Source: Ylistrum balloti
Taxonomy: Eukaryota
NCBI RefSeq assembly: GCF_031769215.1
Contig: NW_026781893.1
Location: 558,001 to 622,000 of the forward strand
Length of the DNA: 64,000 nt
Direction of reading: 5' to 3'
A program made the translations under genes and the position numbers. Positions 1 to 15,813 of this stretch are shown piece by piece. A model generated the notes under the pieces. The model made no database searches. It had not been told where the DNA came from and worked only from the letters and a program-made list of their open reading frames with translations. Every line of letters starts with the position of its first letter. Position 1 is the first letter of the stretch.

Positions 1-60
1 GTGAAAATATCCAATATTATTTCAAGACACGGTTTGTCATTTGACAATTTTTTTTTTCAG

Positions 61-3000
61 TTCCAGAAGGAATCAAGCAGCAATACAATGATAATATCAG
101 ATGGATTAAAGAGGCGAAAAACAACAAATTGGTACGACATTGCATGATACAAAACCATCAAACTACATAAATAAATCCAGCTATCTTGTTACGTAACAAA
201 TGTCTTACTAATTACTGACGGATGGCAATACCTTAGCTGTCTTTTTGCAATTTGCAAAACAGCGACTATATGAATTTGTATTTATAAGCAATTCACTATA
301 GATGTAAGCATGGTGATGATTTCATCTGGTAAAAAACCCATTCCATACAATAATGCAATCCCATTGTTAAAAGTAGTCCAAATATACTGAAAAGTGTTAT
401 GCATCGTCATATTATTTTAGGTTGTAGGATCACAGGCGAGAATTCTATATTCCGACCAAAAAGGTAGGATAGCGATTGCGACAGCCTTCAATGACGCAGT
501 GGCTGAGAGGAAACTAAAGGTATATATTTAATGTTTCATTTTTTTTCCCATTTGTAATATTCTGCCTTATATTACATGAAAAATAATACTTGTCGGTACA
601 TAGCTTTAATGAATGCATTCAAAAAAGGGAGAGGGCGTTTGGGGGTGGGGAAACAAAAACAAGTCACAGACAAAACAATATTCCTGTGTCCATGATACAA
701 ACGTTTAAGATTTCCACATAAAGCATGAAGTATTGATCATTCTGTGAATAGAAATATTAACGTGAATTAATAAGTTCAGATAACAATATAGTGTATGTTG
801 ACAGGGTCCAGTGGTGTTGAGTCGCGATCATCATGATGTCAGTGGTACAGACAGTCCATTCAGGGAAACATCCAACATTTATGACGGGTCAGCATTTACA
901 GCAGGTAATTTATTCTAAACAAACAGACCGCAACCGTTTCCCATTCTATTCGGTTGTGGTTCACATGCTGTGGCGATTGTGTGTTATATTTATATTTGAA
1001 ACTTTGCAAAGAGCAGGTTCAATTAAATGTTATAAATTCCAATTGATGACATACGTCATATTTTGCAAAATACATGAATATCCTTTATTCTAGCATGCTA
1101 ATGGCCTAATAAATATCTCGCCCACTTGTTTATTGTGAAATTTACACTAGACCCATGTGAGATGAAAAAGGGTTGATCTTTTGTACGTTTGAACTTTCAC
1201 CCCAGCTTGCTACTGGCCAAATGGCATGATCCTTTTTTCCATTTTTGTTCATGGTAAAGTCATTTCAAGCTGTTGATTTATTTCACTGCGGAAACCACGG
1301 AAAGGAGTAAAGGTAATTCCTTTGAAGAAACCTAAAACCCTTTACCTCAGCATGATACTGGTCGAGGATTTTTGGCTCATGTCCTTTCAGTTAATGAGAA
1401 GTCATTTAAAGAGAACGTGTAACATCGGACGGATCACGGACGGATCACTGACGGACTGGCGCCAAACCAAGGCAAAATCCATTGCTTACCCTGCAGGCTG
1501 GAAAAGCCTACATCACATGACAAACCAAAAAGTACAGATTTCTGTTCATGGATGTTTGGGATTTTTCATCAATGTCCCACACTGCCATTTGATTGCATGA
1601 TGTACATTATGAATTGATCTTCATATTTTGTATTTGATGAATGTGTAAAGATATATCGTGAAATATGTGTACAACGTGTACCAACGATTTATAGATTTAA
1701 TTGTCGTTTATGTTTTTTACAGACATGGCAGTTCAGAATGCAATCGGTGACGCATTCAGGGGAGCTACGTGGGTAGCTCTTCACAATGGAGGTGGTGTCG
1801 GCTGGTAAGTTAATTCAATGTAATATCACGGAAAGAAATAAAATCCCATTTACAGTTTTCACATGAATTGCTTTAAGTATGGAGTTTACGTATGCTGAAA
1901 GAAATTATGAGAAGCGTCATCTTTCAATGCATTCATGTGGTGATTTTATTTATGGCAAAATTTTCACTACTACATGCGAATTAAATTACGTCATGTCACT
2001 TAATAACAGGCTAATGGTTAAAACTGTGACGTCACAATAAACATTCACCAATGGGATGGTCTTCAATAAGACGATGTTAGCTGTATGATATGCTTCATTT
2101 GAATATATGTATATTTGTAAATTACCTAGAAATCTCACCTCCATGCGCTAAATAAAAATGATAACCGAAAAAGTCTTGTCATTGAATCCTTTCATAACCT
2201 TAGAAATACATGTACGAGACATCTTATTTATTACTTCCCAGTGTTCACACAAACAACTCATCCGGTTTTGAATACATATCCATAATAAACATTATTTTAT
2301 AATCTTCCTGAATTCAAAATTTCCAATTTTTACCTTTTCATGCTTCATGGTTTTCAATTCCCGTACTTTGGGAACACTTTCATTCCTTATTTTGTACGTA
2401 TTTTCAATTTTCAAATCATTATTAACCATTTGTCCGGTACATTATGTCTATGTAGCTGTGTTTAGAGAAAACTGTATTTCTATGTAATATAATCAGCGCT
2501 ATGGGCACTATCGGCACGTCGAAAACTGTCGTAATGATAACTACTCGTGTGTCCTCTATGATCTAAACATTACATATATCGATAACTAAAGATGTTACTT
2601 TCCTGCAGGGGCGAGGTGATCAATGGAGGGTTTGGTCTTGTGTTAGACGGATCAGAGGTAGGGAAGCACATTAACAAAACGATTACTTCTGTAACAGACG
2701 GATTAAATCTTATTTCATCTTTGAAATATTAGCAAGTTATTCCAGCTCATAATCAATGCAATGAGAGTAAAATATGAATAAAAGATAATACGTATGGGGA
2801 CCTTACTCATTATGGTAATTGTATTACAGTAGGTAAATATGAGACAAAATCTCCTGAATGATCATGAATTTCATTTCATTTTCACTTTACATGCTTATTT
2901 ACACCTCAGGAGGTTCGCCAACGGGCGGAGCGTATGCTGGCCTGGGACGTGTCGAACGGAGTAAGTATTCCCACAAGGAAAAACAAAAAGAATGGATTCT

Positions 3001-3412
3001 TGTAGTTGGATGAATGCGTCTCAGAAGTATCCTTACAAGGTCAAAGATGTGTATTTAGGGTGAATCCTCAAAAAGTCAAAGAATGGGCTGTCTAAATGTA
3101 AGTGACCTCATATGATCGAAGAACTGACATTTGTAATGAACCTCTACATAAGATGGAAACAGGTTTCGGGTAAAACTTGTTTCTCCCATCCAGCATAGAA
3201 TATAACGATGTATTTCAATTCCCAAAGCACTAGAAATTGCACTTTTGAAACTGTTTTACTCTTCGTAGGTAGCAAGACGGTGTTGGTCCGGAAATAATCG
3301 AGCACAGGAAACCATTTGTCGGATTATGGATGACAATCCAAAGTTGAAGGTCACATTACCGCACCATGTAGAAGACAAAACTATCCTTGATAAAGCTCTC
3401 GGCAACGCGTGA
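61..3412 (+). CDS. UROC1: Urocanate hydratase, 3' part (5' exons outside window). Exons 61-131, 421-519, 805-904, 1723-1804, 2609-2657, 2910-2960, 3269-3412
   Basis: All introns GT-AG with consistent phases. Spliced translation PEGIKQQYNDNIRWIKEAKNNKLVVGSQARILYSDQKGRIAIA...GPVVLSRDHHDVSGTDSPFRETSNIYDGSAFTADMAVQNAIGDAFRGATWVALHNGGGVGWGEVINGGFGLVLDG...WDVSNGVARRCWSGN...DKALGNA* matches the animal urocanase C-terminus. Confidence 0.97.
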
Positions 3413-3621
3413 CGTCATAGGCAATATGACAAAACAGTCCTTCAGAAAGAGTTTGCCTCCGTGTGATGTCGACGACATCTTGGTTCTTTTCCATAAAACC
3501 AATAAGACATTTGTTGCAATCGATGAAATCGCTCATTTCCTAATTACAAATAATGCATCCAGTTTGTAACACAATTGGCATTCAATGCAGGCACATCCTA
3601 TCAATTTTAACCAATATCCAC

Positions 3622-3945
3622 AACAAACAACTTCTAATACTCAACTCTGTACAGTGAGTTATGACCTGGATTACAGGTAGATCCCATTTTTTCTGCAAAA
3701 TTTGTCTAACCTGTCGAAGTTCATCTGAGAAAACTTTCAGTCAAATACCATGCTTCCTTGTCTTTTGGTAAGTCAGAAAAAGTCATTTAAAGGTTTTAAC
3801 GAATTTGACCCTTGTGACCATGAATATGGGCCAAGGTTATTGTGTTGGCTTATTTTTCAAACTTTATTAGACTTCATCTCAACAACCTACTAGCCAAATA
3901 TCATGACATTTGGTTTGCTGGTTATTTGGTCAAGTGAGCTAAAAA
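3622..3945. mobile_element. Degenerate non-autonomous Helentron-like (HINE-type) repeat
   Basis: Ends in GGTCAAGTGAGCTAAAAA (3928-3945). The internal TAAAGGTTTTAACGAATTTGACCCTTGTGACCATGAATATGGGCCAAGG aligns by eye with the element at 54430-55219. Family name from recalled bivalve repeat termini. Confidence 0.55.
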
Positions 3946-5254
3946 TTGGAATTAGACATGTAGATTGAAATAATGAATTAACTGTGTCAGCTGTTTCATC
4001 ATCTTGGACTAACCGAATGTAGTAAGGGCCTAAATTTTGAAACTTAACTGGTGCCCGAGTGATCAGAAGAAATTGTCAAAATATAGATGACAAGGTGCAA
4101 TTCTTGTCATGGTGTCCTCTTCAATTTTCTGCATTGTCCGTATAAAACATAATCATCAAAAAAAAGAAGTATTTTTTTTTATTAATAGGATATTTGCAAA
4201 TCCTGATTTCGTCGAGTCTTTCCCAAATGAAAAGCATTCATTAATTTTTTTACAGAAAAAAAAAAAAAAAAGAAAAACGGTACAGATTGTGTATGATGAC
4301 AGCATTTGGCCGCGGACAGGGAACTCCATATATCTATCTAGCCATTTCTTCATATATTTCTAAATTTCATAACTTGGTAAATACTTGCTAGTCTTGTTCA
4401 TCAAACACGAATTGGAAAAATAGAACAGCTTTCGTAAGGTATAGTATGTGTCGAAAAGATCTACAGCCTGTAGAATAAGAAAATACATGTATATATATAT
4501 ATATATATTCTCCAGCTTGCCCTTCTGAGGGGTTACAATGTCTGATACTATATCAATACCATATATGGAAATTTCTGCCAATTGTCTGTGGCAATGGGCA
4601 TCAAAACAATAGACATTTTGTAATCATATTCATACACTATGTAGTTATAGTAAACATATCACATCTTTTTTTAGTGGAAATATTATCAGGAAAGTTATAT
4701 CCAAAGAATTTTATAAAAAAAAATGAAAGGGAAATCGTTGAAGTTGGAAAGATCATGATTACATATGGTATGAGAAAATTTGCAATATAACTGATAACAA
4801 TATTTAAAAGAAATTTTGATAGCTGCCTGGATAAACAGACCTCAAGTATAAAAATCATGATTTATGTGACCTAACAAACACTAACCATGGCATTGCTGAT
4901 ATAGATGAGAGCACATGATAGCTTTGTATTAACAGGGACAAGACACTGTTTAATAGTAGCTGTTCATGATATGTAGGGATAACTATTCATCGATACATAA
5001 TTTCATTATTTTCAAACATGAATAGTAAGGTGTTCCTTTACAGCAAGCGAAGTAATAAATATCATATAAACTGTGTCAACTTACTTCCCTTTGAAACAGT
5101 AATTGTACTTCTATTCTAACGACATGCTTAATAATAAACTGATATATTTAACTTTTTAATTCAATCAATATCATTATTTTGGGTTTCAGATGTATTCATT
5201 CAAAAACATACTCTGTTCCTGATCATTTGATATTACTTTAATCTGGTGAAACCA

Positions 5255-8200
5255 TCATCTGTTCTGCTGTCCTGGGGTGGCGGTCTTTCTAAAAGCATTG
5301 AAATGTTCCAAGTACTGGTTGATAGTATCTGCTGGGGTATACAGAGAGTCCATTTTATTTTTGATATATGATGGTGGCATATCGGCTGCATTACCCACAA
5401 TGCTCTGTAAAAGTTCTTTCATCATGTTCCAACAATCACTTGGAACTTGACAAGGACAATATTCAACCTGAAATAAAGCAAATATTTTTGTCGGAAAATG
5501 TCAAAACTTATCAAAATTACATTAAATCATAACTGCACTGTAATAATTTAATTTTTTTATAAATTAAAGTAGTAATGGACTTCTTGTCTTGGAAAAACAA
5601 AAAAAATATGTTCTGGAACAGATGATCACTGTTTATGATTTTATCCCCAACTTGCATAATTCTATTGACGAGAGATATTTTTGCAAAATCACTATGCCTG
5701 TGTTGATGGTGTTGGAATTATTTGTTTATGAGACAATATAAATACATATGTATATATTGGTTTAACACATACACGTATGTTAAAAAAGTATAAATTATAC
5801 TAATAAAGTCTATACATTTACCACAGATCATTTAATTATTTTAGCAGAAAGGTTTTTAAATAAAGCCATGAAGCTTACCTCTATCAGCACTCCTTTGAAG
5901 TTTGCCACAAGGGACACAGAACCAATCTTAATGACAAAGTCGGCCAACTCATAACGCTGGCCGCGAGATTCTATTTTGAAACCTTTCCTCTGTTGGAAGA
6001 ATGCTTCACGTCCTGACTTAGCCTGAGTCATTGTGTTCATAATTAAGTCAAAGAGCATATCCGACACTAACACAGTCCCCGTGTCCAGGACAGAAAAGCA
6101 AGTTGCTGGCTGCTCACTGTTGTGTAAGATGTGAATGGACCTTTGCTGAGCTGCCAGAAAAAAAAAATTCTTTTTTTTTTTTTCAAAAATATCAACCAAT
6201 ATTAACCTAATCCCATTTCTTTTAAATGTATACAATTAAATGAAAGTAGATCTAGGAGGAAAGCTAAAATCATTCTATCTTATTATTATAGGTTTATAAT
6301 ACTGTTGGACACCATATGACACAAAACTACTCACTACAATCATTACTGGTATGTTAAAATCAAATTAAATTTGTAAAAACCATGAGATGCTACCTTGTGA
6401 CATATACAGCATCCTGAAAAAGTGAATGTCACAAAGGAATTTGTTTTGCTGTAGAAAGACAATTTTTATCACATCAATTAATTGGGTATATTACCGTTTT
6501 GAGCATGAGACTGGTAAGTTTCACAATCCACACAGAAATTGCCTGTCTTGGTCGCACCAATTACCTCCATCTGTTTTTGTAGACCGTCCACTACCTGCTG
6601 TCCACTCTTACCTTCAGGTATGTTGTATGCATAAACACTGCAATACACATATACATGTTTAACAGTAGTATACAAGTAAAATTTCAGTTAAATAAAGAAA
6701 ACTCATATGGATAGACTAGAAACTGTTGACAATTGCACAGTAAAGATGACTAAATAAGGTGAACTTTGATAAAAATTCCTCCCTGAATTGGCCATTAGAG
6801 AGCTGACATAGGATTTCTAGACCCAGTATCGATGACCTTGACCCTTGAGATCTAATCCTGAAACTAACTTCTACATGATATTGTGGTCCTTTATATAAAT
6901 GCGAAGCTTGGTCAAAATCCATTGAAATTGCTGGAGTGCTGACAAGGATTTATGTTGACCTTGACATTGCAACCCATCTAACATCAATTTTCCAAGATGC
7001 CATGCTCCTCCATAAAATGTGAAGTCTGATCAATCTATTTTGAAAAATGAAGCTGTTTTCTTGAGGAATGAAGCTGCTGAGTGCCGACAAGGATTTTCTT
7101 AAAATAGATACAATGACCTTGACCCTACAACTTTGAGACTTTAAATCATTCAAAATGTAACGCTCTTTACTCAGTGTATGATATTTTATCAAAATCCATC
7201 AAGAAATTAATTAAGCCATTTGTGCATTAACACGGTTTTTCTATAATTAGTAACAGTAACACTGACCCTACAATCTACATAAACTTGTCCAAGGTAATTA
7301 TAAGTTCATAGTTTTCATATTTTATCAAACTTCCTCAAAAAAAATTCTTCTGAACTTACAACTCACTGGTGTAGGTCTTACAAGTATGCGTTATTGAAAG
7401 TCATGAATTTAAGTCAAATGCTTATAAAACAAGAATATCAGTGAAGCTGATGATTGCTTCCCAAATACAAATAATTGGACACAGAATTTCAATTATGGGT
7501 AATAACTTTGAAATCAAAGGGTTTCCGCCCCTGAAATTGGTACACTGTACATCCTCTTAGTATGATCAATGTATATACCAACTGTCATTATGCTAGTTTA
7601 AACGAGAGCAAGTTATGCTCTAGGCACCAATTTTTAATTATGGACAATAACTCCTATCATAATCCTTTCTTGACTGTTTATTTTATGTTTCAGACACTAA
7701 AGGATAGATAGAGAGATGGATAGACAAAAATAGTGGATAATATATGCTCCAAAGAAATATTTCTGGAAGCATGAAAATAACTAGATATGATAGAATTTGC
7801 TAACAAACTGAGATATCTTTATAATTTGGAAATAAAATTACCCCAAAATATGCTGTCTACATTTTACACTAATTGATACACCTTACCACTTTATCATGAG
7901 ATGCAAAAGTTCAGTCAGTTGCACAACCTTGGATAAAGATCAAAGAAGCATGATACAATTAATATTTCCTATCCATGGTAGTTTATTTCCCAGAGCTGAG
8001 AAATTAACTTTACTGTGTTGCATCCTAAGGCAAGCACCCTCCCACATGTTGCTCAGTGAGGGTGTCACCAGCTACTACATACTCACAGACCCCACCTCAA
8101 AATCACCCTGGCTGTACATTATCACTTGGTGATAAACCCAAACAATTATACCACTGTTCTATCTTGCCATTTATTACAACAAAACTTTTTGCAGAAAAGT

Positions 8201-9434
8201 ATGCTTAATGGTTAATTAACTGTAAACAAATAACATGTATTTAATTTTTTGTCCACAAATGAAGTTTATAACATAGATGTAAGTGCCTTTGCTCTGTTAT
8301 TGTGTGATGTGAATTTGCCATTTGTTGTGATTATATATTATAATATATATCACATAACAAAAAATCTCTGTAATATGAAGATGTACAGGATTTCCAGTGT
8401 AACCTCACAAAACCAAGGCTGTTCCCAAAATTTTCTTTATAACATCAGAGTATACATTGTACTGTTTTACAGCTGTTAGTACTTTGTTATATTCCTGTGG
8501 TTCACAGACACTTCCTTATGCTCTTAAGAATATCAATATAAAAATATTATTCCACAACAGATATTAATGGTAATTACATGGTAATTTCATAAAGAGAAAA
8601 CGAGCTCTCTGACACCACAAGCACCAAAATCAGAGACCAGACAGAATCACATTCCTTCCCATATTTATTGCCTTTATGTTTGATGATCCAAAGCTTGAAA
8701 GTAATAAGTAACAAATCAATATGCAGAATTGTATTTTGTTCTATTTTTGTGAGAGTGAGAAAAGTATTCTTTTCTGATAAAGAGTAACCTGCCTTATATG
8801 AATACAAACGTGTTACGAAAATTGCTGTGGAGCAACCTATATCTCATTTTAATTTGATAACATTGAGTTACACAGCTAAATTCAATGATACCATAATGTG
8901 TGCGTGATTTTCTTATTAATTTGAGGGGGACTTTTGTAAATTTCAATAATATTTTACATTCGAACTATATACATTACAAGATACCTTGTGTGATTTTGAT
9001 TTACATTGTGAGCAAATATCCTGTTATCGGAGGTGCAATTTATGATCTACTTGTAATTATCATTATCAAGCAAACATTAGTGTGATGTATGTGAGAAAAT
9101 CGAGTCTCATATAATCAATCAAGGCCTAATTACACCTTTGGATTTACATCAATACATCGACGAGGGATAAAACTAATGTAATTTGCTTTGTTTATGCAAG
9201 GATTTCTGTCCGGGACCTCTGCCCGATTCAGTGATTAAATGCTGCGCTCGTTTATGGTTTTGCGCCCATATATATATATGTGATCAGAAACCGGTGTATA
9301 GTGAAAGTAGAAGTACTTTAATGTAGTCACCCCCAGCTCCATGATATTCACACAGCCGTGCGACTTTATGTGTAAATATGTTTGATTTAAACGATCAGAG
9401 CAAATCACCCTGTTTCTTACCAGACGACACCCAT
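5255..9434 (-). CDS. MED20: Mediator subunit 20, 213 aa. Exons 9434-9421, 6637-6495, 6150-5879, 5467-5255
   Basis: GT-AG introns with consistent phases, 642 nt total. MGVVCVYAYNIPEGKSGQQVVDGLQKQMEVIGATKTGNFCVDCETY...HILHNSEQPATCF...KIESRGQRYELADFVIKIGSV...VEYCPCQVPSDCWNMMKELLQS...YTPADTINQYLEHFNAFRK matches MED20 motifs (FCVDCETY, VEYxPC, PADT). Confidence 0.96.
6716..7260. repeat. Degenerate interspersed repeat with GACCTTGACC-type internal units in MED20 intron 1
   Basis: Recurring GACCTTGACC(C), CAAAATCCAT and GTGCTGACAAGGATTT motifs (about 6830, 6910-6965, 7080-7125, 7190). Confidence 0.45.
7420..7780. mobile_element. Degenerate HINE/Helentron-like fragment
   Basis: Begins AAAACAAGAATATC; has a GATA/GACA-type microsatellite (about 7700-7725) followed by a decayed hairpin and AAAAT end, the usual layout of these elements. 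Confidence 0.35.
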
Positions 9435-9832
9435 CGTCCAAAATGCTGCTTTGAATCACACACAACAGACTTCAATGTTTTTGGTGTTTCTTTTTTTCAT
9501 CAATAGAGAGCTCGCCGAAATGGTTGTTAAAAATCCGAGTTGAAATAACAAACGGAAGACTCATTCATATTTTTCTTTTGTTATTTTATACATCATAAAT
9601 TAACGGCGTAACTTTACAGTGTATCAGATGTTCCGCTAGTACAATGCCATAACTTTAACTTTACTTACTATAACACAAAATTTTGATTGATATTTCATAT
9701 TTTGCACACAAATATTAAAACTCCTAACCCTAAAAATACATCAATCCACCGGAAGTAAATAAAGCGCATGTCATACGTTTAGACCACGCTTTTTGCGGCA
9801 CGAAATAAAGAAGGCTCTCCACAACAGCAATC
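9435..9832. promoter_or_regulatory. Bidirectional promoter region shared by MED20 (-) and SNRPF (+)
   Basis: Start codons diverge about 400 bp apart (9434 and 9833); ETS-type CCGGAAGT at 9749-9756. Confidence 0.7.
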
Positions 9833-11987
<2,155 letters not shown>

Positions 11988-12879
11988 ATATTGATACTTT
12001 TCTAATCATGTATTGTTAACGGAGTGTACTCTCAGGTGCCAAGCAAGTAGACAAGTGCACCATACAGACAATGACTTCTGTAAAGAACTGGACTGAAAGC
12101 ACATGTTATTTTATCAGTGATATAATAATAATGACAAGAATTGTGTGTGCTGGATCTAGATATATGATAGTATTATTCCACTGTGTAATAATCTTGTGGA
12201 TCCACATATTATATGATGGTATGTGTTATTCCATTGTCATAATGTACTAGATCTGGGTATAACATAGCACATGTTGATCCAGGTGGTATAATAATGTTCA
12301 TCAGAATCATGTGTTAAACATTACCACAAACCAGTACAGGTTACCAGCTCATTATCTTGAAAAGATGTTAATATTTTATGTCTAAAAATATCTAGTTGAC
12401 AAGAATTTTGATATTATCCATAATATTACTACATGTACTTGAAATATGTACAAACATTTTTGTAAAAATGAAAGCTATAATTGGAGACCACTATTTCATA
12501 ATTAGAAGGACTCAAAAAGGTGAAAATATTAAATTCATTAGGAAGGAGATGATTAGTAATTTTCACCTTGTCAGTTGAAAGAATGGGTTACCATAAAATA
12601 ATGTAGATCTAAATGTTGTTGTGTTAACTTCCATCGATTGTCACTTTCATTACATTTTTGTTACTTCATTGTCATTTTATTTTGTCTTTTAATGAAAATA
12701 AAAAGTAACACTTTCAACTGTTTCATTGTCTATGTGATCAAGATCTTGACAGGTAGCGTATTGGGCCTCTATTGCTCATCTGGTTTATTTTGCAGAAATT
12801 GCTTAATTAAAACTAAAGGACAGCTATTTCAAAGACTTGCCACTATTTACCTTGGACGGCCCTGCCCCTCTGCCCTCAG

Positions 12880-13670
12880 GGGGGGGGGGGGCAAGATGCA
12901 GTTTAAACAAAACAAAGCTCTCTTCACACCAGGATGCTTCAGACCAAATTTGGGCAAAATTGAATTACTCCAATTAAAAGGATATTAAAGAATCAACTCT
13001 ATTTCTTCTAGTGGGGCCTGCCTCTTGCAAAAGTGGACTGAGACTTAATGTTTATACAGAATTGATCCCATTACCAAGCATGCAAATTGGGACAGAATGC
13101 AGGCATTTCTACAGACGTGAAAGTATTTAACAAAATTTGCGCTAAGGAATCCCAATTACATCCCCTTTACCCTGGTATGTTTCTGACTAAATTTGGTCAA
13201 AATCCAATCATTCCTCCAGGAGGGTAGGATTTTACGTATTTCCTCTTATTTCCCATATTGGGCCCGACCTCTATCAGGCCGAGACCTACTGTTTATACAA
13301 AATTGATTCTTCCCACCTAAAAATGCTTCAGAGTAAATTGGGACTGAATACAGGCATCCCTTAAGAAGACAGATTTTTTAAAAAGAATATGCACTATTTT
13401 CCCTATTGGACTCTACAACTCCAAAGGGCAGAGACCATTATTTACTATACAAAATTTATTTCCCTCACGAAAGGATACTTAAATCAAATTTGGGAAATAG
13501 CCTTTCATTCCTACAAGAGGAGAACTTGCAAAATTTCCCCATTGTGGCCCTGTACCTCAGGCCCCTGAAAGGTGATATCCACCATTTATTCAAAATCTGG
13601 TCCCCTTCCCCTCCAAGGATGCCTCTAGCCATATTTGGTCAAAACTTCCTAGTCATTTATGACTAGTATT
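12880..13670. repeat. Degenerate satellite-like array (about 140-150 bp units) resembling the oyster Cg170/Helentron-borne repeats
   Basis: Recurrent GGATGC..C..ACCAAATTTGG(T/G)CAAAAT cores near 12931, 13079, 13174, 13321, 13471 and 13614. Resemblance to Cg170 is from memory. Confidence 0.5.
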
Positions 13671-14859
13671 GATTTGCAGGAAAAGGTGACAGCTGACAGA
13701 TGTGGTAGTATGGCATAAGCTATCCAGATCCAAATAAGTTCAGAGATCCTATGGACTAAGTCAGCTCTGATGTCTACTAGTTGGTCAGCAGAGAAACTAA
13801 AAGTTTAATTGTCTTAAGTTTCTTGAAATCATCAAAAGACCTGCATATTTGCAAAAAGTTTGCAAAACTATTTATGTATGAAAATGTGACATAATTACGA
13901 TACCTTCAATATCTGGTTCTCAAAAGCGTTGGTCTCTTTCACGAATAATAAAGTTACAGGAATACTACCCTGCAAATTTCCTATGCGCCCATCCAGTTTT
14001 GATTCTGATCAGAAAAACTAAATGGCCAACAGCCAGCCATCATGAATTCTGATATAGATAGTTATTACTATTTCTTAAGAATTACCGAAATAGTATTTCT
14101 GAAACTTAAGAGGTAAGATGTACCCATGGTCCTATGTGGTGCCTGTTCAATTTTGGAAACAAAATGGTTAATAATGCAGTATTTAATTGTGAGCTCCCAG
14201 GTAGCAAGTGAGTTACCACATACATGTAACTGTAAAGAAATTATCACAACACATTATTTATAAAGATGGTTTCTAACCATTCATAGTTTTATTACACAAT
14301 AAAATGTTGTATAACAAGTAAAAACACACACACAATGTGATACACATCTAACCTAGCAAGCACACGGTCATTTGTCATCATCTAGAATTCATGTTTCATC
14401 CCATGTTTTTCACACATATACTGTCAACTTCACTCGCTTCTAATGAAGGTTTGTCGCAGTCACTAGGACCAATCTGAAATTCAACAATACAAAATCTTAT
14501 TGTTTGAAGATTGTTTAATTCACACTATACTTTTTAATCTATTTTCTGATGTTAAGCAAGATAAAGCACTAAGGAACATCAGACAACTTTTCAAAAGAAT
14601 GTATCACAATTATTTATAAAACTATACAGCAAGCTTTGTTAAGTATATTTTCTTCAACATTCTTCCTTGGCTGGAACTTAATTGCGATATGTTGAATAAG
14701 CAATTAATATCTCGAGGCTCAAGATATGATTATCCAAAGCAGAATCACCATATAACTTATATATAATTCTTTAAAAGTTTGATCTTTTCCTTTCTTGTCT
14801 TTACCCTGTTTTCGCTCTAAATTATATCAATTGTGAACATTTCTCTTGAGAAATAGTGA

Positions 14860-15480
14860 TAGTAATCTTTCACTGCCAAATCCAATATGGTCACCTGTGC
14901 CTTTATGTTTTTTTTCTGATCAGTCCCAAAATCTTAAGGGCGTAACAAGAGATCAAGGGTAAACTAGATATGAAATTTTAGAAAGATCAATCTAAAATAT
15001 TCATTTTCACTTGTCAGCCATTTTGTCTATCAGTCTGAAATCAAACAGGCCTAACAAGGGACCATGGGGAAACTACAAATGAAATTTGAGAATAATTTCT
15101 TTAGTCCATCCAACTGTAAACAAACTTTCATTGTCAAAATCCAAATAGCCACTTGTCAGCCAATTTTCTATCAAATAGTCCCAAAATCAAACAGGCACAA
15201 TTTGGGACCAAGGGGAACCAACATATAAAATTGGAGAAAGATCCATCACAGATTTCGAAAGAAATTGCAATAACAGACATTTATTATCAAATTCAAAGTT
15301 GGCTGTCTGTCAACTTTTTTGTTTTCCTGAATAATCCCAAAATCATAAGGTCATAAATAGGGAATAAAAGAAATCTACGTATGAAATCTTGGAATGATCT
15401 ATCCTGTATTTCTCAAACAACATTTTTAAAGAACTATTTACAGATAGACCACGAATGAAGGATTATTTTGACAGCCAAAC
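14860..15480. repeat. Degenerate array of about 140-bp units
   Basis: Repeated GTCAGCCATTTT...CCCAAAATC...GGGACCA..GGGAA...ATGAAATTT blocks (about 14880, 15013, 15155, 15300). Confidence 0.5.
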
Positions 15481-15813
15481 ATTTGTTGATAAAAATCACA
15501 ATATGAACCCAAGTCTTTAAATGATTCTTATCATATGACAGCAAATGCTAACATACCACTTCTTTTCACAATAAACAATATGTACATTAATTGCAATCAA
15601 GGTTTTTTTTAAATTTAAACAAAATATACCTACAAAAGATATACATATAAAAAATCTGATAGAAAAAGTGATTTGAATGATGAGATTTACTTTGATTCAG
15701 AGACAATGCAGCCCCATATATATTTCTATTAAACATTTTCTCCAAAAAACGTGATGTTACATGGCCTCACCAGATTTTCCTGAATCCGTTTGAGATAGAT
15801 CTTCCTGCATGTT

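Noticed and set aside
3410-3417. UROC1 and ankyrin stop codons both lie within TGACGTCA (CRE)
   Set aside because: The motif occurs several times in the window; no reason to think the overlap is more than coincidence.
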